A DNA stretch of 63,225 nucleotides, counting the filler, from Nemertoderma westbladi (Eukaryota > Animalia > Xenacoelomorpha): the NCBI GenBank assembly GCA_032718475.1. It is 3 parts of 3 records of this genome, joined end to end, with 100 filler letters (N's around TTAATTAATTAA, not from the genome) between each part and the next. Parts side by side here need not be neighbours in the genome. Positions count along the whole stretch, not along the records: positions 28,172 to 52,548 come from JAUCBJ010003553.1; 2 more parts are not named here. One strand, written 5' to 3'. The position numbers and the translations under genes were made by a program. Under the pieces are notes generated by a model, which saw nothing but the letters and a program-made list of their open reading frames with translations, was not told where the DNA came from and did no database searches. Below, piece after piece: positions 38,801 to 51,277 of the stretch (position 1 is its first letter; every line of letters begins with the position of its first letter).

Positions 38801-40280
38801 ATTAATAGCACCCCATTCCTGTAGCTTCACACACTGAACACTCAAATGAATAGCACCCCATTCCTGTAGCATCACACACTGAACACTCCAATTAATAGCA
38901 CCCCATTCCTGTAGCTTCACACACTGAACACTCCAATTAATAGCACCCCATTCCTGTAGCATCACACACTGAACACTCCAATTAATAGCACCCCATTCCT
39001 GTAGCTTCACACACTGAACACTCCAATTAATAGCACCCCATTCCTGTAGCTTCACACACTGAACACTCCAATTAATAGCACCCCATTCCTGTAGCATCAC
39101 ACACTGAACACTCCAATTAATAGCACCCCATTCCTGTAGCTTCACACACTGAACACTCCAATTAATAGCACCCCATTCCTGTAGCATCACACACTGAACA
39201 CTCCAATAAATAGCACCCCATTCCTGTAGCTTCACACACTGAACACTCAAATGAATAGCACCCCATTCCTGTAGCATCACACACTGAACACTCCAATTAA
39301 TAGCACCCCATTCCTGTAGCTTCACACACTGAACACTCAAATGAATAGCACCCCATTCCTGTAGCATCACACACTGAACACTCCAATTAATAGCACCCCA
39401 TTCCTGTAGCTTCACACACTGAACACTCCAATTAATAGCACCCCATTCCTGTAGCATCACACACTGAACACTCCAATTAATAGCACCCCATTCCTGTAGC
39501 TTCACACACTGAACACTCCAATTAATAGCACCCCATTCCTGTAGCATCACACACTGAACACTCCAATTAATAGCACCCCATTCCTGTAGCTTCACACACA
39601 GAACACTCCAATTAATAGCACCCCATTCCTGTAGCTTCACACACTGAACACTCCAATTAATAGCACCCCATTCCTGTAGCATCACACACTGAACACTCCA
39701 ATTAATAGCACCCCATTCCTGTAGCTTCACACACTGAACACTCCAATTAATAGCACCCCATTCCTGTAGCATCACACACTGAACACTCCAATTAATAGCA
39801 CCCCATTCCTGTAGCTTCACACACAGAACACTCCAATTAATAGCACCCCATTCCTGTAGCTTCACACACTGAACACTCAAATGAATAGCACCCCATTCCT
39901 GTAGCATCACACACTGAACACTCCAATTAATAGCACCCCATTCCTGTAGCTTCACACACTGAACACTCAAATGAATAGCACCCCATTCCTGTAGCATCAC
40001 ACACTGAACACTCCAATTAATAGCACCCCATTCCTGTAGCTTCACACACTGAACACTCCAATTAATAGCACCCCATTCCTGTAGCATCACACACTGAACA
40101 CTCCAATTAATAGCACCCCATTCCTGTAGCTTCACACACTGAACACTCCAATTAATAGCACCCCATTCCTGTAGCATCACACACTGAACACTCCAATTAA
40201 TAGCACCCCATTCCTGTAGCTTCACACACAGAACACTCCAATTAATAGCACCCCATTCCTGTAGCTTCACACACTGAACA
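35825..40280. repeat. 45-bp minisatellite, about 99 copies (AATAGCACCCCATTCCTGTAGCATCACACACTGAACACTCCAATT), intronic
   Basis: Highly homogeneous tandem array with alternating GCATC/GCTTC variants; degenerate monomers trail to ~40550. Confidence 0.97.
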
Positions 40281-43200
40281 CGCAACGTTGCATGCTCAAT
40301 AATCAACCAATAATAAGGGTAGCTGCACCGAACATTCTACGAAATAATAGCACCAACTATCTGACATCTGAACTGTACACCGAACATTTATATGCCTACA
40401 GTGAACACTTCCAAAATGAATGGCACCCAATATCACACATACTGTAGGCCTACAGTGAACACTTCCAAAATTAATGGCACCCAATATCACACATACTGTA
40501 GGCCTACCCTACAGAGAACAGTTCCAAAATTAGTAGCACTCCAATCCCGCCATGCCAATCCCTGAAAGACGTCGGTGTTGGATGTGCTGTGCATTTAAGT
40601 CATAAAGTGCCACCTTGAATGCGTAATCGTGTGCCAAATGGGATACATTCAGTTGCAACATTCAATTATTATTCATAAATGAAAAATTCGTCACAGATTA
40701 CTTGCAGCTTCTTGAGTTCAGTGTGAGTATCATTTGGTATTATTATCTCTATCAGTATGCGACTGATACTTTTAAACAAAAAGTGCAGTAACACATATTT
40801 ACTAAAACAAAGCCAGAGATAAGCTGAAATGGATGGTATTCAGCAAGGGAAATGGAAATCAGACACCAAGCTAAGACTGATACAGTGAAATCATTCCATA
40901 GATTCGTTAACAAGGGAATATCAAATTCCCTCGGGAAGAAAACTCGAAACAGTGGGAGAGGTGCAGCAGCTTATTAATGGGAAAGTATATAAGTTGAGGT
41001 GCAGATTGGGTTACTGTCAATTCGGTGCAGAATTGTAGGGTAAGGATGGTGCGTTGCTCTTAATTTATGGGTGACTGTTCCTTTATAAGCGCTTAATGTT
41101 GGTCGCACAATGGGATTCGTTGACACCGCAATCTCGTCACGTATCGCTAATAGGATGTGTGTTGTAGGTTACATGGTGCATTTAATTGGTGCATGATTAG
41201 CTTTACTGCCAGTTTGATTCAACCCTTGCTGACTGACACCTTTACCTGATGAGATCTCACTTCCCTCCCACCACGCAGGGCGTTGGGATTACTTGGTTTG
41301 CCTTCTAATAGGCGGGAAGTATAGTAATATTTACATCACCTCATGTTCGCCGTAATCTCTGAAATCCGAGGGAAAGAAGCCAAACTGGCAACGCAGTCAT
41401 CATAGGCTCCATGTTATTTTCCTACTAATGAGGTTGATAAAAGGATTCGGGTATAAGATGCGTTCCACTCATGATTATTCGTTAATTATCCAACCCTGTA
41501 CCACGCCCTTCTTATTATCCAGAAGGCGCAGTAAGGCAAGACACAGTTTATCAACAAGGGATCACAAATCTATTCCATTGAGATATAGAAAAGTATCCAT
41601 CCATCCATTATATTTGGTGATGAAGATTCATATTCGGTTATACCAAACCAGAATATCATCTTCATGTGTGTAAACTTCATAGTTCAGCGTGCCTTAATTG
41701 CAATCGCACCTCCATTGCAAGGTATCTTCATATGAATTATATAGCAATCGTACCTTCATAGCAGGTGTATCTTCGAAGCAAGCACCTTCCTTGCAAGTGC
41801 AATACCATGGCAAATGTGCCTTCATATAAAGCGTATCTATTCAACATATTAAGTGAAAATTCTGAAGAGGACTTTAGCTTGAGCCAGAGCCAAATAAAGT
41901 GCTATTACGGGATGTTCTCATCATGTATGTCACGTTACACATTTATAAGGGGAAGGAATTGGTCTTTACAAGACAAATCAATGCCATTTTTCAACAGAAA
42001 CCATCCTACCAGAAGTCATTATAGAATTAATATACAGTAGTTGTTTAATACTGTAGTATGTAGTACATTATACCGCAACAACGGTAATCTCCTTACGGAA
42101 ACGATTTTGAATTTTATTCTTTCCGTTCAAAGTGATAAAAATATTTCGAAGCTTGACAATCTCAAAAAATTATTTGCTACGAACAAGTGTTTATCGTAAA
42201 CCACATCATAGCCAGGAACCCCGTGGATTCTAAGATTGCCGCAGATTCGATTGTCGGAATGGACGTATAATAATTACATATGGCAATCACAATAATCCTA
42301 GCGGCTTCCTTAACTCGAGAGAAACAGCCGGCAGTATATTTCCTAATCCAGGAAGACAGTTGTCGGATGGAACATCCTCCCCCATGTACTGTCCGTTTGC
42401 CCTTATCCAGCAGTCCAAGCCCGGTGAGCCTCTGTTGTCACGATGAGTTGGGAGGGGGGACTGATTCCGTTAGAGTAGGTTGCTAAGTAGGGAGTAAGTG
42501 GCCGTTTTACGGAGCTTTAAATTCGCAAGGAATGGATAATGTCAGTAAAAAACGACAGTAAAACGTTATCAACCGACGAAAGGGACTGACAACGAAGAAA
42601 GATCAAGGAATAAAGTCTGAGAGACGCGTTAAGCCCGAAACTAGTGTGTATCGGTGAATTACATGGCGGTTTAATGGGATTTTCTGACCACCAACTTTGT
42701 GTTCGTTTGATATGCATATTAAGTTGTAAGATTGATTTAATTATGTGTAACTTAAACGTGGGCCGAGATTATCATATTGGTTACATAATTAATCAAATAT
42801 ATCGTCTGTCATCTCCACCCACATATTTTTTTATTTTTGATAATTCTGATCTTTAGACCCTCCTGGAATGTCTATCTGGAATTGGAAGTAACGGGGGTAT
42901 TCATAAAGGATAATGTTATAGGCTCACCAGGATCTAACTGTACCGAACTATGAATCCAACATGACCCGAAACATAGCGAACTGGTCCGAAATTGTAGATA
43001 ATAAAAACTTATAGCAACTTGAAATTTAAATTTTTAAATTTTATCAAAGTTTCATGATGTTTTGATTCAACAAATACTTAATTAAAATGTTTTTCCTGCA
43101 ATATTTATTAATCCGACAAACTCCTTTGGTTCCTTCTATACCCGTTTCTGTAACCTGCTCTTTTATTAAAATATAAATTCCAAAAGGTTAAGATAGGATA

Positions 43201-43581
43201 ATTACACTTGAACAAATAATAGTTTTTAATATCTTTCATTTTGCGACCCAGTTCGTGTCATCTATAGTTTAGGAGAAATAATATCTCGTGGAATGGCTTA
43301 GCGGCCACATAAAAAGGTGAAATTATCACAAAAGTGACATCGTGCCAAAAATTGTTGTAAGCCTTGGATATATAATTTGCTAAAATCCAATGCTTCAAAA
43401 AATCTTTAGATTAACACTTTTAATTTCCAGTTTCTTTCCTTCGTAACATGAATTTTACATAACAATAAGGTATAGGTAGCCTAAGGTGTGTTTTTTCAGA
43501 AATTTTGTGAAAACAAACATTGCTCCACTGACTATCGATTGCTTGAACTATACCACGGCCTACTATATTTATACGGCCTAA

Positions 43582-44367
43582 CAGGTGACTTGAGCTGGCC
43601 TCTTAAAAAGAGGCCAGTTTTTTTTACACTATTTTGATATTTTGATATGGGGAGAGTTCTGTAAATTTTCGACCTAGTAATTTCGACACTGGTTCCGACA
43701 TCCTACTTCCTTCTATAAATATTTTGTAGTAGCTAGTTCTTATTACTATTTGTATAGAAAATGTTCCAGAAGATGTTAGCTATTCATTTTTTAAAAAAAT
43801 TATGCTCTAGAAGAAATATTTTTTGTTCTAGAACATTTTTTAGAAAAAAATCTAGATTCTAATTAAAACGCATGGAATCGTTCTAAAACGTGTTTAAAAT
43901 CCATAAAAAAAAATTTCAAAATTTTTTTCACAATATTTTTTTTCACAATTTTTTTTATTCATTTTAAACACGTTTTAGAACGATTCCATGCGTTTTAAAT
44001 AGAATCCAGATTTTTTTCTAAAAAACGTTCTAGAACAAAAAATATTTGTTCTAGAACATAATTTTTTTAAAAATGAATAGCTAACATCTTCTGGAACATT
44101 TTCTATACAAATAGTAATAAGAACTAGCTACTACAAAATATTTATAGAGGGAAGTAGGATGTCGGAACCAGTGTCGAAATTACTAGCTAAACCTACCTAA
44201 AACACTATCTACCATAAAATTTAGTATCTTGCTTAACGAGGAGTCTTCAATTACGACCGTTGACCAAATTGCAGCAAATGACAATTAAGAACTATCCCCA
44301 TATCAAAATATTAAAATAGTGCAAAAAAAACTGGCCTCTTTTTAAGAGGCCTCTTTTCAAGCACTTC
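43582..44367. mobile_element. Fold-back MITE with near-perfect long inverted arms
   Basis: GGCCTCTTAAAAAGAGGCCAGTTTTTTT.. at both ends in inverted orientation; internal near-perfect palindrome ~43675-44186. Confidence 0.85.
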
Positions 44368-45489
44368 TACATAAATTTAGTTACCAGAGCAACGGAAATA
44401 TGTATAATTATTTAAGCAGTTTTATTATCATTTAGTTGTTACAATATAGGAAGCTTCCTTATTAACACAAATTATCTACTAAACAAAGGAATTTAACCCA
44501 GCCCATCGGATATGTTGACCACAAAAACCCTTTTTGTAAAAAAAGTGAGTTTTTGGAAACTTTGTCAAAATTTTTTCTCTAAGCCACTCCAATATATACG
44601 TTAGCTCCGCCCGGTTAAATAACTCTGTTGGGGTTTCTATTGTGTGAGATTAACGCTGAATGTGACAGATAAATGTGTAATCAATAAATGTTTCCCTCTT
44701 AGAGGTGAACTTAGAGGAATACAGAAAACTGGACAACTCATGTCTGGACAATTCGTGTCCATAATCGGGTATGTAATTCTGTAACCAGTGTGTTCTTGAG
44801 TTATAATTTATTGTTTTGGTTTGAAACTCACGCCACTGTAAGCTGTTACTTTCCCTTAAATCAGCAATAATTGGTAAAGGAAAAGGCAAGTTTTACAGGA
44901 GTTGTCCGGACTCCAGTTGTTGTGTTGTTGTGTTGTCATGTTCATGCGTGCTACGTGTGAAGCAGCCAGCAACAGTTTCCGTACTTCCAAAGAAGATGGA
45001 AATGGAGATGGAACATTTGACCAACTGATTCGTAACCAATGATTTGCGAAATAGAAATTCAGGCCTACATTAAACACATAATAACCAGTTAAATATGCAA
45101 GTAAGACAGAGTCCAATGATAAAATCTTATAAGGTCACATAGATTAGCACTCTTCGCCTATGAATAAGCTACAAATGTTTGAAACTATGTAAATAAACAG
45201 ATTTGGACAAACAAACCACAATCAGGTATAATATGTATTTCCTTAGATTTTGTTTCACCCAGTTATAGGCATACAGGCATACCGTGATTATTTTATGAGT
45301 TACCTTTATTCGTAATGTGTTAGCATAAAGAAAGAGTAAACATTTCTATAATTAAATCTAAAGAATTATAAGAAAATCTGAGATCTAGAGCTAGAGTATA
45401 TGGGCCGCCGCCAGGTAACAACCAGGAAAAAAGGATTATAAACCTTAATACGAAATATTTCAAGGTTTTAATTTCATACATTTCTAAAA

Positions 45490-45665
45490 TGTTTTCATTT
45501 CTGCTCAAGCGGTAGATTGGAGAACAGCCGAGGGATTATCGTCCAATCGCTGCCTGTTGATAGTCTACATAGACTATGGTCTAGTAAGGCATCTATCTAT
45601 ATCTGCCAAGTTTCAGCTTAAACGGATTAAAATCAAGGAAACTGTGGAAGGTTTTTATTTTCAGA
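45490..45665 (-). repeat. Dispersed degenerate monomer of the ~146-bp HINE array at 10270-11485
   Basis: ATCTGCCAAGTTTCAGCTTAAACGGATTAAAA is the reverse complement of TTTTAATCCGTTTAAGCTGAAACTTGGCAGAT (10320-10351). Confidence 0.8.
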
Positions 45666-46086
45666 GATTGCGCCAAGTAGCACATTAATCTTATGTTTTC
45701 TATATATTGTTTTATTATGTTTTATAAAGGTATGTTCACATAACGTATGTGTTGGTGTAGGTGATGGTGTATGTGTGTGTAAGGGTGGAAGCGATTCTAG
45801 TTGTATTTGCTTTCAGTTGCGTTCTAGAATATATCATATATTATATATTAAGCGAATTTCGATTAGTCGTTTGGACACATATATCCAGACTGACCAGACA
45901 CTCCCATTCACACACACTCCCTCCTACATTATGTGAACATAGCTTCATATATTCAAATATTGTTATAAACTTTTAGTTTGTTTAGACTGTGTCACATTAC
46001 AGATGTACGATATAAATAATAAACATAAGTGGATAAAACAACAACCAGTGGATTCCAAACCTATTAAGGTATAAGAGACTTGTAAG

Positions 46087-47229
46087 ATGCAGTCACCCGG
46101 GGTTACCTTACCAGAATATGCAACCCTAGAGCCCAATAAAGAGGAGGAGACTTATGATGTATATCCTGGTCCAAATAAACTAGAAGGGCAAAAAGTTGAA
46201 GAAAACATTTCTCAGCCTAAAAAATCAAAAACCCAAGCGCAAACAAATATCCAATCGAAATATCGGAAATACCTGACAGTAATGTTGATGCTGGGAGCAT
46301 TCATGATGGTCTTAGTTGCCGTGGTAATCATTATTGTAGTCTTAGTGACGAACAAGCGAGGTATTATTGAGCAGTTGGAAGTGCTGGAAGAAAGTCTCAA
46401 CAAGAAAGAAAAACAATTTGTTTTTAAACTTGATAATCAAATTACACAATTCAATGAAATGCTTATAAACGAAACCAGAATCTTTTCAAATAAACTCCGA
46501 AAGCAAGCAGATATTTACGATGCCAAACTTTTAGAGAGAGAAGTAATATTTGCTGACAAGATTAGGACACAAAAGAAGGAGTTATTGAGCATGATTGACA
46601 TTAAACCCCCTGATAAATGTTGTCCGAATTACCAACAAAATGATACAATTGGGATATATTGGAATCCTTATTATGGATTGGGAGGTCGGATTCGATGTGA
46701 CAACACCATCCCAAACGGACCATGGTTGGTAATACAACGAAGAGTTAATGGGAAGGTGGATTTCTTTTTGAATTGGAAGAGTTACGAGCTTGGATTTGGA
46801 TCTGTTGACAACGAATTTTGGATGGGATTAGATACGATACACCGTCTAACTGTCGGAGGCGTTAAGATGAGAGTCGACATTTGGTGGCAAGGAGATCAAA
46901 GATTTGCTGAATATTCCTCTTTCACAGTTGGACCCGCTGAAACCGAATATAAGTTAGAAATATCTGGATACTCTGGGGACGCAGGAGACTCGATAACTGG
47001 GTCGGCGTTCTCTTGGGGTCAGAACCGGCAGTCATTTACTACTAAAGATAAAGACAATGATGGAGGGGGTTATAATTGCGCACGGGAGTTCAACGCAGGT
47101 TGGTGGTTTAATGATTGCACGAGTTGTAATCCAAACGGTGTTTATGGCGCTTTTCCTGATGGGATGTTCTGGGACACATTCACGGGATGGAATTCAGCAG
47201 ACAAGATAGAAATGAAAATTTCTTTATGA
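46087..47229 (+). CDS. Type II transmembrane fibrinogen-related (FReD) protein, FIBCD1-like architecture, single exon
   Basis: 380-aa intact ORF: cytoplasmic N-terminus, hydrophobic span ~aa 62-88, coiled-coil stalk, fibrinogen C domain (WLVIQRR.NG.VDF, W..Y..GFG...EFW.GL, GDAGDS, FTTKD.DND, NCA..GWWF..C..NPNG.Y); TATAAATA at ~46011. Confidence 0.92.
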   Translation: MQSPGVTLPEYATLEPNKEEETYDVYPGPNKLEGQKVEENISQPKKSKTQAQTNIQSKYRKYLTVMLMLGAFMMVLVAVVIIIVVLVTNKRGIIEQLEVLEESLNKKEKQFVFKLDNQITQFNEMLINETRIFSNKLRKQADIYDAKLLEREVIFADKIRTQKKELLSMIDIKPPDKCCPNYQQNDTIGIYWNPYYGLGGRIRCDNTIPNGPWLVIQRRVNGKVDFFLNWKSYELGFGSVDNEFWMGLDTIHRLTVGGVKMRVDIWWQGDQRFAEYSSFTVGPAETEYKLEISGYSGDAGDSITGSAFSWGQNRQSFTTKDKDNDGGGYNCAREFNAGWWFNDCTSCNPNGVYGAFPDGMFWDTFTGWNSADKIEMKISL

Positions 47230-47238
47230 TATACACCG

Positions 47239-47760
47239 TATGTAGGTCTACGGTAATATGTAGGCCTACGGTAATATGTAGGCCTACGGAAATATGTAGA
47301 CCTACGGTAATATGTAGGCCTACGGTAATATGTAGGCCTACGGTAATATGTAGGCCTATGGTAATATGTAGACCTATGGTAATATGTAGGCCTACGGTAA
47401 TATGTAGGCCTACGGTAATATGTAGACCTACGGTAATATGTAGGCCTACGGTAATATGTAGACCTACGGTAATATGTCGGCCTACGGTAATATGTAGGCC
47501 TACGGTAATATGTAGACCTACGGTAATATGTAGGTCTACGGTAATATGTAGGCCTACGGTAATATGTAGGCCTACGGTAATATGTAGGCCTACGGTAATA
47601 TGTAGGCCTACGGTAATATGTAGGCCTACGGTAATATGTAGGCCTACGGTAATATGTAGGCCTACGGTAATATGTAGGTCTACGGTAATATGTAGGCCTA
47701 CGGTAATATGTAGGCCTACGGTGATATGTAGGCCTACGGTAATATGTAGGCCTACGGTAA
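47239..47760. repeat. 18-bp minisatellite (GTAATATGTAGGCCTACG), about 29 copies, directly after the FReD stop codon
   Basis: Tandem periodicity; each unit contains the palindrome GTAGGCCTAC. Confidence 0.95.
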
Positions 47761-50174
47761 GCAAACATTTGGTATTTTAATCCTGCAAGATTTCGAAGAA
47801 ACCATAGAATAATATAATTTTTAGTGTTTAGTAAATTGTTTAGTATATGGTAGTAAAGTCTTTAGTATTAGGCAATAACTTGTGTTTTCCGATTGGTTCC
47901 AATGTACTGTATGAATACATCCCGTGCGTTTCAGGTTTAAAATAAAATAATTCATATAAAAATTCAGATATCAAGAAATTCACCTGTCGATACTTTTTTT
48001 GAGCAAAATCCCGCTGATTGAAATTGTCTATTATTACATTTCTTTATTGTTTATTATCCCCTCCCTACTCGGCCCTTTTTTTGACTTGTTCCACTATTAT
48101 ATTCCTTCGAGCATGGGATTTATAACGAACCTGTCTTTAGACTGGGTAGTTTTTATCTAAATCTGAGGCCGGCAAAAACACGATGGATATATTTACCTAT
48201 ATCACTATATATGTCACTATCTATGTATGTTCACCAAATGGCTTGAAACCACTTGCATGCATTGTAAAATTGTAAACGCAAGTATTTATCAATTGTTGTC
48301 TAGTTGTTGAATAAAAAAGTTGGGAACGATTCGAAGTTCGATATTCGAAATATTTGCATATTTTCAACATTATTGAACGCGAAATTAAATACCCACAACT
48401 CCCTTGCTTGAAATGTTTTTCAGGTGATTGATATTTAGCAATTATTATGAGGTTACTTACTACTGAAATCTGACAGAATGCCAAACGTATTATTATAGTT
48501 CTATCTCTATTCAGCCAGTTAGTGTAATGTCAAGCAGTACATCATTTATATATCGTATGTATCTATAGGGCCTAATTGTCATCGTTATAATACTGTCATC
48601 AACTTAGGCTAAGCTCAATTGGAATGCAAAGGCTTAGTAGGTTTTGTATATCTGGGACGTTTACAACAGCTGTCGATTAAACTAACACCATAAAACTGAA
48701 CCAGGGTGGCTGCCAGCCGGGTACCAACGGCTGTTGGGTAGACTTAAGGGAACATTTCACAAACTTTCATAGGATGCTTGTACATGTACATTATATTGGT
48801 TGCTCCGATGTTTTTATTAGGCTAACTGAGAATGTATCAGGTATAAATACTGTAATTATAGTGTTCTTTATTTTATTTATCTAATACAGAAAAGACCCCT
48901 CCGCAGAATAAACTGCTCTTTTGGGCCGTTTCTCAGGTTGCGGATATGGATACCATTTCACACATCATCGTAGTAATTGTGATTATGATTTGTTTGCCTA
49001 GGCGAATGTGTATTACATTAGATGGGAGGCAGTTTTTTGGTTGATGCAAGTCATTCTTGGTTTGCATCTTCCAATCCCATCTGTTCCTTGGAGTCTGTGT
49101 AAGACAGGTTCGTTTAAAGCCATCTTGATGGCGTTCTAGTGTCATCTATCTATATTCCCATAGTTACTGACAAAAAAATTCGTCACGATTTTTCCGGAAG
49201 CCTCTCTACTGTAGTATATGAGGAATGATTTAGACCCGTATCTCACTCCCAAAATGTTGGTACTATACAAACAAATAGAAAAAAATAAAAACTACATATT
49301 ATTGTATGGTACATAATCATACTTTTTGTACTGAAATCTTTTGTTTCCAAAATCATAAAGTATCTGCATAGGAATACAAAGTGATATCAGCAAACACAAG
49401 TCCGTACAGACAATATCCAAGTAATACCCACTTAGGGATTCACAACAAATTAAAATTATTTATTATAATTTTTTGAGTTTTGAATATTTTGATTTTAAAT
49501 GGTGATTGTTTTAAATGACATAATGGAAGTAGTAATATATTTTTATATCACCGCTGTAAAAAAAAGTATACAACCGTAGTGTGGAGAGCTCAATTAGGAA
49601 TGCATTATAGTAATTACTCCCGTTTATAGAGATTTATTATTGAACATTTGCGAATGCCGAAGCAGTATGTAGGCCTAGATAGTACTTACTTCCCGTAATA
49701 GTAATGATTGAATATCTTATAACCTACTATGTAAACCCACTGCATTCTTACACCGAACCCACTATATAATTCGGGTAAACTCGCTGTATACGTATGTTAT
49801 ACATATGTTATTATGTTTGTCATAACTTATCAAAATTGAGGACTCTATCCAAGAATCCATACAGCACTGGAATGTTAAATTCGACTCTTAAGAGATTCAA
49901 ACCGTTATGTCCGCCTGTGCCCACATATACAGCCCAGATATACTTACTTACCACTCCCCTATGGCATGATCATTTCATTGAATCAAGTCAAGATACATCA
50001 AGTCAAGATACATCAAGTCGACTCACATTAAATCCATGTTGCCTTTACTTATTTTCGATAGTAATTATGATGGTGCATCAAAATTATTTAAATATATTTC
50101 CGAAATAAGAAGTATCAGTTTACTTCTGTCGCAACAGTAATGTAATCCAATATTTTATATTTCATAAAACTTAC

Positions 50175-50362
50175 GGGCAGCGCACTGAATGTAGCCAATG
50201 AGAATAGAAGAATTCGACCCAACAATGCCTTTAATGAAGAGGTTGCTAATGGCAACCATCGTGCAGACTATGAGTAAACAACAGCCGCCGCCGTAGAGAA
50301 TGGAAACAACCTGCCATATAACCGTGGGTATGTCTAGTAGGTTATATCGCCCGCCATACACC
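50175..50362 (-). CDS. LHFPL7/TMEM211-like gene, coding exon 2
   Basis: Acceptor TTGCAG at 50363, donor GTAAGT at 50174; (R)VYGG..DIPTVIWQV..LYGGGCCLL..IGYIQCAA; phases 2 and 1 match the neighbouring exons. Confidence 0.88.
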
Positions 50363-50855
50363 CTGCAACATAGGCGAACATAGCTTACAGTAACAACATA
50401 GTTACGTAATCCCCCAGAGGTAAAGTTACTCGCCCAGACCGCCAGTAGTCAGCCTTAAATCTTTTCCCTTCCTATAATAAATGTATCATAACAAACACCT
50501 CGAAAAATACACTTCCCCATTACTATCAATAATAAATCTTTTAAGCAATGTAATAAATAACATGTTGTTTCGTAATTGTATACTTACTTAGTATGGACGG
50601 CACTTATAAAAATTATCTAAGGTAGTAAGTTAATAGGCCTATAAAATATCATAACTCTTGGAGTTTAATTCAACGAGATTTAACGCTTACCTAGTTAAAC
50701 AATAACATCATTAAACAACATTACTGTAGAGTAATGTTGTTTAATGAGGTTATTGTTAATGATGTTATAGGATCGGCATGCTGCATTGCAGCTGCATTTT
50801 TAAGAATGCTGTACCGGCTAAACAACATTAAACAAAGTCAAAAGGTCTAATTTAC

Positions 50856-51277
50856 CTGCAGTTAACAATATTATCTTCTCCTTTAGTACAAAATGAGAAA
50901 ACTCCAAACCCTGTCTCATCATTGGTTCCAGACTCCAGGATCCAGCAAGGAGAGAGGAATGCGAGAGTAGATAGGGAAGTAGTCAGTGCTGATAGAAGGA
51001 TCCAGAGCACGCCTGTGCGAGTGAGTCGGGCTGCACGGGTGTGCTGCACGCAGAACCCACAGGTAGGCGTCAGAGTAGGAGACGTAGAGACACGCCTCAT
51101 ACGACCCAGTTCCCAAGGCTTCGGACTCTTGAGGAAAGACTTCCAGTTTGGCAGGGTCTCCATGGACCAGGACTGGGCTTGCAGTCTTATGAGCGGAGGT
51201 TCCTGGATTATCCTGTTCTCATTGCTATTCGCCAACAGTATGAATTCTTGATTGAAGTACGGCGCGTTATTATTCAT
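50856..51277 (-). CDS. LHFPL7/TMEM211-like gene, first coding exon
   Basis: ATG at 51277 just after a probable acceptor (TTCACAG, 51287); GVLWILLS..AFLSPCWI..FGVFSFC TM1 and loop; donor AG|GTAAA at 50855. The start codon is uncertain. Confidence 0.8.

Noticed and set aside
35825-40280. Possible CRISPR-like array (also 16698-19127 and 10270-11485)
   Set aside because: Whole units repeat without unique spacers, there are no cas genes, and the context is eukaryotic
35801-40306. Long ORFs (445 and 607 aa VQCVMLQEWGAINWS; CSVCDATGMG resembling DnaJ CxxCxGxG)
   Set aside because: Translations of a 45-bp unit, which is a multiple of 3. The Cys frame is broken by frequent stops, and there is no unique domain or splice support
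40560-42860. Short ORFs in non-repetitive intronic sequence
   Set aside because: No recognisable domains or consistent splice structure; the three LHFPL exons already join in frame
47142-47780. YYRRPT, VGLHIT and VICRPT repeat ORFs
   Set aside because: Open in several frames on both strands because the 18-bp unit lacks stops in those frames
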